A stretch of 37,474 nucleotides of DNA from a virus (lineage: Duplodnaviria > Caudoviricetes): IMG/VR virus record IMGVR_UViG_3300037604_000023, positions 1 to 37,474 of that record, one strand, 5' to 3'. This document shows, piece by piece, positions 17,836 through 26,199 of the stretch. Numbering within the stretch: position 1 is the first letter of the stretch; every line of letters begins with the position of its first letter. A program made the position numbers and the translations under genes. Below the pieces are notes generated by a model. The model was not told the origin of the DNA, ran no database searches, and saw only the letters and a list, made by a program, of their open reading frames with translations.

Positions 17836-18312
17836 GTCGGTCTCCTTGTCATTATCCGCCCGTGCGAGCTCGGGCATTCTGAAGCCGGGTGTGTTGGTCA
17901 GCCCGGCGGACTTGATGCGCTTGATCTCGCCCGAGGCCTTGTCGACGAAGTACCCGATCGAGAGAAACTTGTAGGCGCCGGAGGCCACCCATTCGGCACC
18001 CTGGGCGGTCCAGTCGACGCGCGCCCAGATCGCCCTGTCGCGCACCTCCATGTCGCGGACCCATCCGTAGGCCGGTGCCGCTTCGCCGCGCGGTGCGCGC
18101 ACTTCGGTGGCGTGCTCGACGTCAATGGGAATGATCACGCCGCGGGACTTGAACTCGGCCACGACGCTTTCGGGATCGGACAGGCGATGCCTGCGTCCGT
18201 CCGTTGCGGCGAGCTCCGGACCAGGAGGGGTCAGCGCGACCCACTCCGGTGCGCCGCCCTTCTCCGAGGCGAGTTCGATCGTTGAAAAGTGGGTGCTGTG
18301 TGGCTTCGACAT
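17344..18312 (-). CDS. Mu-like prohead protease gpI
   Basis: DGR, IPIDVEHATE, APAYGWV, VDWT and AGLTNTP motifs. Confidence 0.93.
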   Translation of the reverse strand: MSKPHSTHFSTIELASEKGGAPEWVALTPPGPELAATDGRRHRLSDPESVVAEFKSRGVIIPIDVEHATEVRAPRGEAAPAYGWVRDMEVRDRAIWARVDWTAQGAEWVASGAYKFLSIGYFVDKASGEIKRIKSAGLTNTPGFRMPELARADNDKETDMDKDVLEALGLKPDATTADAVAKITDLKSTVETARAGPDRDKYVPRAQHEAALARIDKFEQADTARATQELTGLVEEGIEAGKIAPAAKDDFIEMARAQGTEKFRATLDKMPRVVGGTEEMDEKARADTAAGKSGLSAEDIAVAHALGVPEAEFAKAKQEQEA

Positions 18313-18318
18313 GAGCGC

Positions 18319-18366
18319 ACAGTCCCACCCCGCGCGCGCCTAATCACCCTTGCACGCGTTCAGGGG
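18319..18366 (-). promoter_or_regulatory. Putative activator-dependent late promoter (PI-like)
   Basis: Dyad CCCCTGAACGCGTGCAAGGG. The core is followed 26 nt later by GACTGT and then ATG 6 nt further on. Same geometry as the site upstream of the lysin. Confidence 0.6.
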
Positions 18367-18647
18367 CGGCGGGCAGGACAGATGAGGATTTGGGAGACAG
18401 GCGCTGAGCGCTCCACAGAGCGCCGCTGGCCCTCCCACGGTAGATGGGCCGTGAAACCCGCGCAAGGGTATTAAAACGGTATTCAAATTGGCTGGACGGG
18501 GCCATTGCGTCTCCGCACGCCGGAAAACGATCGGCACGAGCGCGGGTTTCTTGATTTTCGGGGGCCAAACTGCCATTCTCTGTGGGCACCCGAGCCAAAC
18601 GGAGAGCCGGCCCAGTGTGCCGCGATGGGGGTCCGACCATCCGGGTG

Positions 18648-19853
18648 CTATTCTCTCACGACGGTTATACCCGGACGTCGCAGCTTGGCGCGCCACTTGC
18701 GCAGCTCGGTGCGGTGCGCGGTGCTGAGCCACAGCTCGTTCTTCTCGGCCAGGTGCTTGATCGCCAGCAGCCAGGGTTTGTCACCGGGTACCAGGAAGAG
18801 AAGCGTGTCGTGGCGGTCAGACGTCTGGACGGCGGCCGGGCCGTGGTCGATCGCATCGACGAAGAGCGCAAGCGTCTCCGCTCCCACTTCCGGGTGTTTC
18901 CGGCGCAGCTTGGCCGCAACGTCATCGCGCATCTGCACGATCGGAGTTCGTGCGCCAAGCGCGGTCTGGACCGGTTCGCTCAGGACCGCGACGGGAACCG
19001 TGCCAGGGGCTTGCCCTGCGAACATCCGCTCCACGCGCCACGACGTGGCCACGTCGCGGGCCACGGTGCGCGCCACGGTCGGGTCGGCCGCGGCGAGCTT
19101 GTCCCGGAGCAGCTTCTCCATCGCGGCCTGCCGAACCCGCCCCGGATTGCGCTCCCAGCCGGGATCGATCCCGACCGGAACCTGCTTGATTTCGCCGGTG
19201 CGCCGGTTCGTCCACTCGCGGGTGGGCACCGGCGGGCTGTCGCTGATGCCGCGCTCCTGCGCCTCCGCCTCGGTCAGCTGGCGCACCCAGCATTTGCAGC
19301 CCCAGCCGTTGGGTGGGTACCACTGCGACCAGAACGGATCGTCGGCAGGCAGCACCAGACCCTGCTTGGCCTCGTGGTGCGGACGGTGCCGTTCGCTCGG
19401 ACCGAGCCTGTATTCGAGATAGGGCAGGGCATCCTTGGTCCGTTGAATGCGCTCCCACTGCCCGGCCGCGCGCGCCGAGCGCAGGTTCGCATCGAAGATC
19501 GTGCGCAACCGACGCGGCGTGCCCAACCGCGCGGCGCGGCGTTGGCCATCGCGCGGGTCGAGCGCCTCGCCAAATCCCCACCAGCCGAGCTTCTCGAGGC
19601 GCGGCTGCAGGTTGCGCTGGAACTCGCGGAAGGGCAGACCGTCATCAATCGCGCGCTGCACCTCGTCGCGGATGGTGCTGAGCACGTCCACCGTGCCAGC
19701 CTTGGCCACGGCGAAGGCGACGGCGTGTTCCTCGGGCTCGACATCCGCCCAGGAGAACGACGGCTGCAGCCCCTTGTTCGCGAAGAACCGGCTGACCTCC
19801 GGCGGTGGGCCGTCGTTGAAGCTGTAGCCGGGGCGGTCGGGATGATCAGCCAT
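18648..19853 (-). CDS. Mu gpF-like minor head protein with a C-terminal PBECR2-like extension
   Basis: AFAVAK, RRLRTIFDAN, DDPFW..WYPPNGWGCKC and GIDPGW. C-terminal ~120 aa contains KLRRKHPE and AIKHL...ELWLSTAHR. Confidence 0.88.
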   Translation of the reverse strand: MADHPDRPGYSFNDGPPPEVSRFFANKGLQPSFSWADVEPEEHAVAFAVAKAGTVDVLSTIRDEVQRAIDDGLPFREFQRNLQPRLEKLGWWGFGEALDPRDGQRRAARLGTPRRLRTIFDANLRSARAAGQWERIQRTKDALPYLEYRLGPSERHRPHHEAKQGLVLPADDPFWSQWYPPNGWGCKCWVRQLTEAEAQERGISDSPPVPTREWTNRRTGEIKQVPVGIDPGWERNPGRVRQAAMEKLLRDKLAAADPTVARTVARDVATSWRVERMFAGQAPGTVPVAVLSEPVQTALGARTPIVQMRDDVAAKLRRKHPEVGAETLALFVDAIDHGPAAVQTSDRHDTLLFLVPGDKPWLLAIKHLAEKNELWLSTAHRTELRKWRAKLRRPGITVVRE

Positions 19854-19888
19854 GCCTGCCTTCTTGGATTTGCGCTCATCTTAGGAAG

Positions 19889-20058
19889 GCCGGCACTCTT
19901 TCACTGAGCGCCGGCTAACCAAATATGAACGGCACTTACCGTGCTGGTTCTTTCGCCAACCAGCTTGAGCCTCGCTGCGGTCACATAGCTTGCTCCTTTC
20001 TTCTGCCTGCCCCCCAAACCACCAGCCTGAACGAGGGGGCAATCGTTTCTATCAGGCT
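19889..20058 (-). ncRNA. Candidate structured cis-regulatory RNA or sRNA between portal and gpF genes
   Basis: Several stems, a pseudoknot-compatible pairing and an RBS-ATG-TGA element. G-U wobbles favour the minus strand. I do not recognise the family. Confidence 0.45.
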
Positions 20059-21617
20059 CAGTGCTCCGTTGTGTCCCCCGTGGCGCGCGCCTCGAACATG
20101 CCCTTCACCAGCGCCTCGATGAGCCGTGACGCGGGCAGTCCGTCCAGCGCGGCCAGTCGCTCCAGTGCGTCCTCGTAACTCTGCGCACCCTCGATCGCGC
20201 CGCGCACGGGGTCGAGCACCTCGTTCATCACCGGCTCCCAGTCCGCCAGCATCTCGTCCCGGATCAGGTCGAGCTCATCGTCCGGGCCGTCCTCGCGGGC
20301 CAACGCAAACCGACGGCTGGCCTCATGCGCGCGCGCCTTCTCCACGGGCGTGCGGAGTTCAGCCGGAGCATTACCTATGACCGCATCACCCTTCTCGGGG
20401 TCGGACATGCCCACCCGGCGACGTATCTCGGCCTCGTTGAACCGCACGCCGGCACCCACAAGCCCGGTGACGTTCTTGACCAGTTTCTCGGTATCTTCCG
20501 GTTCATCGATCTCGATCAGAAGCCGAGGTGGCACGGCGTCGGCCCCGTAGTTGAGCTTGACGAACGGGGTGACCAGATCCCGGTTGATCGCAGCGCTGAC
20601 CGAACGCGCGTCCGCCTGCGCGATGTCGAGGCGCACATCGTTGTGGACCTTTGCCTGTGCCATCGACGAACCGTCATCGGTTGTCATGGTCTGGCCGAGC
20701 ACCGCCTTCGATACCTGCTCGTCCACGTAGCGGGCAAGGTTCTCGAAGATCGGCTGCGTGCCGGTGCCGCTCTTGGTGTCCACGAACTCGATATCCATGA
20801 ACTTCGGGATCACCGCCGCCGCGTCCGTGCCGATATTGGCCACTGCGCGGAAGAGCGTGGCGATATCCTTCTGCGAGGCCCCGGGACCATACCGGCCCAG
20901 CCTGAGCGGCAGGCCGTAGAGCTCGACGAAGGCCATCCAGTCCTTGAGCGTGTAGGCCTTGCACAGCCAGCTGAAGGCCACGACGCGCGCCAGCCCGCCG
21001 CGGAAGGCGTGCCCGGATTTCAGCTTAGCCGTGTGGCGGACGAATTTGTGCGGGCGCAGCGGCACGCCATTGACCGCGTCCGCCTCGTCACGCAGTCTGA
21101 GCTCCCGGCCGGTTTCCCGGTCAAACTGGAAGAAGCGCTGCGGCCGCCAGATGAACCCGGCAGGCGCCCAGGCTTCGCGATCCGTGCGCCAGTCGATCTC
21201 GACCACCGAGAAGCCCTTCGCGAGACTGTCGAGCAGGTCTTCGACCAGACCGGGGAAACCTTCGTGCTCGGCAATCCATCGCGTCACGGCCTCAGCGATC
21301 TCCTTGTCGCGCGCCGCCTCGGATGCGGGCTTCACCGTCGGGGTGACCCCGGAAATCGCGCGCTTGCGCTGGCCTAGGACCGAGGCGTAGTGCGGATCGC
21401 GCTCCTCCATCTCCTCGGCGAGCGTCATGAAGGCCTCGATTTCCCCCTTGTCGCAATCGGCCAGGATGGCGGACATGCGCGCGGGAGTAAGCCCGGCCGC
21501 GACGCTTTCGGCCCAGGCGCTGCGCACGCCGGCGATACCGCCCTCGGCCTGCGGCTCGGAAAGGTCTTTCGGGCGGGCCTTGAATACCCTGTTGAAGAGG
21601 TCTGCAATCGCCATCAC
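20058..21617 (-). CDS. Portal protein (Mu gp29 / DUF935)
   Basis: EMEERDPHY, KDWMAFVELYGLPLRLGRY, SKAVLGQTMTTD and VHNDVR. Confidence 0.95.
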   Translation of the reverse strand: MMAIADLFNRVFKARPKDLSEPQAEGGIAGVRSAWAESVAAGLTPARMSAILADCDKGEIEAFMTLAEEMEERDPHYASVLGQRKRAISGVTPTVKPASEAARDKEIAEAVTRWIAEHEGFPGLVEDLLDSLAKGFSVVEIDWRTDREAWAPAGFIWRPQRFFQFDRETGRELRLRDEADAVNGVPLRPHKFVRHTAKLKSGHAFRGGLARVVAFSWLCKAYTLKDWMAFVELYGLPLRLGRYGPGASQKDIATLFRAVANIGTDAAAVIPKFMDIEFVDTKSGTGTQPIFENLARYVDEQVSKAVLGQTMTTDDGSSMAQAKVHNDVRLDIAQADARSVSAAINRDLVTPFVKLNYGADAVPPRLLIEIDEPEDTEKLVKNVTGLVGAGVRFNEAEIRRRVGMSDPEKGDAVIGNAPAELRTPVEKARAHEASRRFALAREDGPDDELDLIRDEMLADWEPVMNEVLDPVRGAIEGAQSYEDALERLAALDGLPASRLIEALVKGMFEARATGDTTEH

Positions 21618-23215
21618 CAGATGCCCTCCCTGGCATTGAAGCCCGCGGTCACGCTCACGCGGCGGCCGTCATCCTCGGCGCGCCCGCCGCGCGGGACCGC
21701 GGCGTAACTGTGTTCCTGGTAGTCCATCTTGAGCGCTGAGCAGAGCAGCATGAGCGAGACGAAGGCGTCGCCATGCCGGCCCTTCTTCCTCGTGTCCGGG
21801 ATCGTGGGAATGCCGCGCACGAGCTTGACCGCGCGCATGTCGTCCTTCACGTCACTGTCGCGCGGCAGCTCGATCGTGCGGTCCTCGAAATGCTGCTTCA
21901 GGCGGGGACCGTGTTCGAGGTATTCCCCCTGGCTGAGCTTCACCGCCTCGATCCGGTCGTAGCCGTATCGCTCCTGCGCGCGTTCGGCCAGGCCCAGCCC
22001 GTTGCCGGTCGCGTCGAACTTGCCGGCGACGAAGCGGGGCAGATGGTCGCAGATGAAGCAGATCACCTGGAACTGCTGCTCGATCGGCATGTTCCTCAGC
22101 TCGACCACCAGCGGCACGACAACGGTCAGATCGGCCCGCTCCTGCCCGACGGTCAGGACCGTGAGGTCCGAACTGCGCCCGAAGTCCTCCCCGAGCGCGC
22201 TGAGCCGTTCCGGATCGAAGCGCTTGAGGTGCGGGGCCACCTCGTTGTCGAGGAAGGACTGGACATAGGCGCGCCGCTCGTCCGCCGCCCTGAGCTCGAA
22301 GCCGGGCGGGCAGGTCAGGCGCGCCACGTGGTGCGCGTCCGTCATGCAGGCCTCGACCGAGGCCCCGGAGATGTAGGCTCCGGAGCCGCGACGCGGGATG
22401 CAGAAGAGTTCCTCGTCCGCACCATCCCCGTAGAACGCCACGAGGTCCTGCCGCCAGTCGGCCTCCGCTTCGGGTGACCAGGTGTTGCCGCGCACGAGGC
22501 ATATCCGCTGGTAGAGCCCGTCGCGCAGCGCCTGGTCGAGATCGATCTTGAGATGGGTATAGGGCAGCTTGCCCGACAGCACGTCCTGAACCATCCGGTT
22601 GAACGGGTTGTCGTCGCCGTCATGAGTAGAACAGACGATCACCTGTCCGCCCCACATGAGAAACGCCAGTGCCGCTTTCAGCAACTCCTCCACATTGTCG
22701 ACGAAGGCGGCCTCGTCGATGATCACCACGCCCTGCTTGCCACGCAGGGATCGCGGGGCCGAGCTGAGGGCGAGGATTTCGAACCCGCTGGCAAACCGGA
22801 TACGGAATGCCTGGATCGACTTGTCGCCGGTGTCGTCGCGATCGGCGAAGATCGTGTCCTCGATCTCGCCCGCCGCCTCGTTGAAGGCCCGCGCCCACAT
22901 GGCGCAGGCGTCGATGAACTCGCGTGTCATCTCCTGGCTGTAGGAGATGTACATGGCGTCCATGCCGTCCGCGCTTTTCCTGCGCGCGGCGCGCAGCACG
23001 GCATAGGCCGCCAGCGCCCAGGTCAACCCGATCCGGCGGGATTTCTCGATTACCAGCACGGCCGTCTCCGACACGCTGTCGAGCAGGCGAACCGCCTTGG
23101 CCTGGTAGGGAAGAAGCACGCTAGGCAGCCCGGCCTCTTCCACCAGCTCGGGGATGGCATCCATCGCCTCGCGGCGCTGGCGCTCCCATTCCTCGCGACT
23201 GACCGGCGCGTTCAT
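21614..23215 (-). CDS. Terminase large subunit (Mu gp28-like)
   Basis: LLPYQ, EKSRRIGLTW, LRGKQGVVIIDEAAF, GEDFGRSSDL, DATGNG and HGDAF. Confidence 0.95.
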   Translation of the reverse strand: MNAPVSREEWERQRREAMDAIPELVEEAGLPSVLLPYQAKAVRLLDSVSETAVLVIEKSRRIGLTWALAAYAVLRAARRKSADGMDAMYISYSQEMTREFIDACAMWARAFNEAAGEIEDTIFADRDDTGDKSIQAFRIRFASGFEILALSSAPRSLRGKQGVVIIDEAAFVDNVEELLKAALAFLMWGGQVIVCSTHDGDDNPFNRMVQDVLSGKLPYTHLKIDLDQALRDGLYQRICLVRGNTWSPEAEADWRQDLVAFYGDGADEELFCIPRRGSGAYISGASVEACMTDAHHVARLTCPPGFELRAADERRAYVQSFLDNEVAPHLKRFDPERLSALGEDFGRSSDLTVLTVGQERADLTVVVPLVVELRNMPIEQQFQVICFICDHLPRFVAGKFDATGNGLGLAERAQERYGYDRIEAVKLSQGEYLEHGPRLKQHFEDRTIELPRDSDVKDDMRAVKLVRGIPTIPDTRKKGRHGDAFVSLMLLCSALKMDYQEHSYAAVPRGGRAEDDGRRVSVTAGFNAREGIW

Positions 23216-23487
23216 CGGGTAGCCTCCCGGTGAAGCTGCTCCAGTGTTATCCGCGCGCGCGTCAGATTGGAGCGAACGGCGAAGTAAGAGGCGCGGGAGT
23301 TCATCTCCATATCCACAAGCCGGTGGTGCAGGCCCCCATAGGTTCGCCCGTCAACCTTTTGGCCATCGAGGTGGAGGCGGATCACGCGCGCCGCGTCGGT
23401 GCAGGCCTTGAAGATCGCTTTATCACGCCCTTTAAAATACCGGGCCTGGGCGATCATATCGTTCGCCACTTGCGCGGGCGTCGCCAT
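23212..23487 (-). CDS. Hypothetical protein
   Basis: MATPAQVANDMIAQ...; translationally coupled on both sides between the terminase genes. Confidence 0.65.
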   Translation of the reverse strand: MATPAQVANDMIAQARYFKGRDKAIFKACTDAARVIRLHLDGQKVDGRTYGGLHHRLVDMEMNSRASYFAVRSNLTRARITLEQLHREATR

Positions 23488-23690
23488 CACTGCGCCTCCC
23501 GCAGACCGACGAGGTATGGTTTGCCGCGCCACCACGCGATGGTGCAACGCATGCCCAGATGCGTGAACCGGGTGCGCCGACCGAACAGCCACGCCGCGAG
23601 TGCGGGACCTGTCGGCCCCTCGCGCCAGTTATGATCGCCGACCAGAACCTGCGCGGCGTAGGCCATGTCCTGCGGTGTCGGTACCGGCAT
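23487..23690 (-). CDS. Hypothetical protein
   Basis: 67 aa with TGATG overlaps at both ends. Confidence 0.65.
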   Translation of the reverse strand: MPVPTPQDMAYAAQVLVGDHNWREGPTGPALAAWLFGRRTRFTHLGMRCTIAWWRGKPYLVGLREAQ

Positions 23691-24256
23691 CAGCCCACCC
23701 CCAGGATGCGCGACTTGATCTCCTCCGCCATGTCTTCGGACATGCCCGCTTCGTGCGCCGCCTTGACGGCGGTCTCTGCTGCGCTCTCTCGCGCCTCACG
23801 GGCGGCCCGCGCGCGCTCCTCGGCCACCAGCTTCTCGCGGATACCCGACGAACTCATCACGTCCTTGAGCATCTTGCCGAGGAAGTGCAGCTCGCGCGGC
23901 TCGATCTCACCGCCCTGCTTGGTCATTTGCGCCTGCATCACCTTGAAGGCCAGCGTGGTGATCATCTGGAACAGGACGTTGTGGCGCTGTGCCTCCTCCT
24001 CCAGCCCGTTGTCATTCATCCAGCCGGCGGCCCAGGCGCTCGCCTCCTCCTGGTACTTGACGAACTCTTCATATTCCTGCCCAAAATTGTGCACCGCGCT
24101 CTTGCCGATGCGAAGCTGCATCCCGGCTTCCTCCAGCCGAAAGTTCAGATCGTCGGCCAGCCCCTCGTAATCGGAGAAGCCGCGCGCCTTGAGCTCTTCC
24201 TTGAGCCAGCCGCGCAGCTCTTCGGGCATCAGATCGACCTTGCGGGGGCGGGGCAC
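23690..24256 (-). CDS. Terminase small subunit (Mu gp27 / DUF3486)
   Basis: MPRPRKVDLMPEELR, IGKSAVH and IKSRILG. Confidence 0.88.
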   Translation of the reverse strand: MPRPRKVDLMPEELRGWLKEELKARGFSDYEGLADDLNFRLEEAGMQLRIGKSAVHNFGQEYEEFVKYQEEASAWAAGWMNDNGLEEEAQRHNVLFQMITTLAFKVMQAQMTKQGGEIEPRELHFLGKMLKDVMSSSGIREKLVAEERARAAREARESAAETAVKAAHEAGMSEDMAEEIKSRILGVG

Positions 24257-24258
24257 GA

Positions 24259-24561
24259 TCAGAGCCTCCGGGCGCGGGGGCGCTGGATATCTGGATGCGT
24301 GGCCTCGCCGCGTGCGATTTCGATACCGCGCATCGTGGCCTCGGCGATCACGAAGTCACCGTGGTCGTGCATCGTGACCATGCCGTTCTCCTGAAGCCAT
24401 GTCAGCTCGGTGATCACCTGGTCGAAGGTCGACCCCACGCCCACGCCATGCAGGACGTCACGCAGGATCGAGGCGTTGGTCGTGTAGCCAGAGACCTGTT
24501 CCAGATGGCGCAGGATCGCCAGGCGGCGGTGCTTGCGCAGGGTTGCCTGATAGTCGCTCAC
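24259..24561 (-). CDS. Mu gp26-like winged-helix protein
   Basis: RRLAILRHL...YTTNASIL...LTWLQENG...RGIEIARG...IQRP; GTG start. Confidence 0.82.
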   Translation of the reverse strand: MSDYQATLRKHRRLAILRHLEQVSGYTTNASILRDVLHGVGVGSTFDQVITELTWLQENGMVTMHDHGDFVIAEATMRGIEIARGEATHPDIQRPRARRL

Positions 24562-24902
24562 TTCTTGCCTCCATCGAGCAGGTGTTGTTCGTGCCGGGTG
24601 ACGATGATCTCCAGCCGTTCGGTGATCTTGGCGTTGCCCTCCATCACGGCCGCCATCTTCTCCATCGCGCCGGTCTGTTTGATGAGCTCGAGCTGCAGCG
24701 AATGCATGTCGTCCTTGCCGGGCATGCTCTGCAGGGTCTGCTCGATCCGGTCGATCCGGCCCGCGTGCCGGTCCATCCTGGCGCGGCCCTCCTCTAACTT
24801 GCGGTCCAGGTCCTTCCGACGGGTCGCCACGAAGGTATAGAGCGCCACGAGCAGCGGCAGGACCACACCCGCCGCTTTCCAGAACAGGTCCCAGTCGATC
24901 AT
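24558..24902 (-). CDS. DUF2730-like membrane-anchored coiled-coil protein (Mu gp25 position)
   Basis: N-terminal TM segment, RIEQTLQSMPGKDDMHSL and HEQHLL. Confidence 0.8.
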   Translation of the reverse strand: MIDWDLFWKAAGVVLPLLVALYTFVATRRKDLDRKLEEGRARMDRHAGRIDRIEQTLQSMPGKDDMHSLQLELIKQTGAMEKMAAVMEGNAKITERLEIIVTRHEQHLLDGGKK

Positions 24903-25474
24903 GCCGCCCGTCTCCAATCCTCGATTGCCGGGTTCTCGGCCTCGCGCGTCGCCTCCAACGCCACCTTGGCATCCGGACCGGGGTCCGCGACGCCTGGGCT
25001 GTCATGGCGCAAGGCGCGCAGGCGGGCGACGTTGCGCGCCACCTCCGGGGCCTGCGCGATGATCCGCGCGGCCTCTTTCTGCATCGAGCTACCGCGGAAC
25101 TTGTGCATCTCGCGCGCACCAACGTAGAACGCGACGATCGCGCCCATCAGCGCCCAGAGCGGCTCGGGCACCAGAGCAAGCCCCTGCATCCGCTCCGCGA
25201 ACCAGATCGGATCGGCCATCGCCGAGGCGAAGAGGCCAATGCAACCGAAGGCCATCATCGGGCGCGGCAGGCGGTTGAGCCCGTCGACGAAACGCCCCCA
25301 CGGCCCCTGCACGCCTCCGAACTCCGATGCCATCTGACGCAGCGCCGCGGCCTGTGCGCTCGCGGCCCTCCGATCAGCTGCCTCGGCATTCGGTCTGAAT
25401 ACCTCGGCCGTCTCGGCGATCACGTTGCGCCCGCCGCCGAAAACGGCCCCGAGGATTGTCCTCAGCCAGCCCAT
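24899..25474 (-). CDS. Holin (GTA-type 3TM holin family)
   Basis: FVDGLNRLPRP, MQGLALVPEPLWALMGAIVAFY.GAR; adjacent to the lysin. Confidence 0.9.
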   Translation of the reverse strand: MGWLRTILGAVFGGGRNVIAETAEVFRPNAEAADRRAASAQAAALRQMASEFGGVQGPWGRFVDGLNRLPRPMMAFGCIGLFASAMADPIWFAERMQGLALVPEPLWALMGAIVAFYVGAREMHKFRGSSMQKEAARIIAQAPEVARNVARLRALRHDSPGVADPGPDAKVALEATREAENPAIEDWRRAA

Positions 25475-26076
25475 GCTGAAACCCTCCTTTGAAACTCCAC
25501 ATCCGACAGGCGGTATCGCGGCGCCATGAACTCTTCGGCGCGCTTGATCCAGCCGCCCTTGCCGCCCGAGCGGGTGCGCGCGAACTTGCGCAGGGTCGGG
25601 CGTGCCTCGGAGAGGCGGAGGTAGTAGTTGCGCCGTGCAATGGCGTAGGCATCCGCGATGTAATTGGGCGCGGCCTCAGCCGCCGCCCGCACCGCGCGTA
25701 GCGTTGCCGGGCCGATCACGCCATCTGCCACCGCCGGGAAGCCCATCTGCGTGACCAGCCGTTGCAGTATCTTGATCGCGTTCGCGCCGGCATTTACTTG
25801 CATGTCGAATACGCTGGCCTGCAGCGTCTCGGGCAGCTCGTCGATCCGGGGACGGTGGAAGTAGTGTTCGATGAAGATATCAACCGCCTGCGCGCGCGTC
25901 ATCCGGCGCACGTCGGCAGCGTCGATATCGCCGTCGCGGTCGAGATCGAGGCCCAGCCTGCGCATCGTGTGGATCGTCACGCCGTAATTCGTGGCCCCGC
26001 CCGGATCATCGGGATCATTGACGAAGCCCCCCTCGCGGGCGACGATCTCTTTGGCGATTTCGGTGACTTGGTGCAT
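25462..26076 (-). CDS. Endolysin, glycoside hydrolase family 108 with a peptidoglycan-binding domain
   Basis: REGGFVNDPDDPGGATNYGVT, FDMQVNAG, DGVIGPAT and GWIKRA. Confidence 0.93.
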   Translation of the reverse strand: MHQVTEIAKEIVAREGGFVNDPDDPGGATNYGVTIHTMRRLGLDLDRDGDIDAADVRRMTRAQAVDIFIEHYFHRPRIDELPETLQASVFDMQVNAGANAIKILQRLVTQMGFPAVADGVIGPATLRAVRAAAEAAPNYIADAYAIARRNYYLRLSEARPTLRKFARTRSGGKGGWIKRAEEFMAPRYRLSDVEFQRRVSAWAG

Positions 26077-26103
26077 GACGGGTCCGGGATCGTTGTCCCG
26101 GCC

Positions 26104-26152
26104 AACATGGCATGCCGCCCCGGCCCGGTAAGCCCTGCACGCATTCTAGGGC
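26104..26152 (-). promoter_or_regulatory. Putative activator-dependent late promoter (Plys-like)
   Basis: GCCCTAGAATGCGTGCAGGGC; the core is followed 26 nt later by CATGTT. Matches the site upstream of the protease gene. Confidence 0.6.
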
Positions 26153-26199
26153 AGTGGCACGGTGGCGCTGCGCAACACTCCCCGATTACCGGGCACCTG

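Noticed and set aside
18340-18732. 98-130-aa ORFs in the central gap as a possible MuF immunity gene
   Set aside because: No convincing RBS; they overlap gpF or the late promoter, and the composition is not protein-like.
20044-20056. CTGATAGAAAC resembling a hammerhead ribozyme core
   Set aside because: Does not match CUGANGA and lacks a stem II between the core and GAAA.
19881-20122. Short ORFs across the portal-gpF gap (53-aa TTG ORF on minus; 62-65-aa ORFs on plus)
   Set aside because: No RBS and no protein-like features; the RNA-structure explanation fits better.
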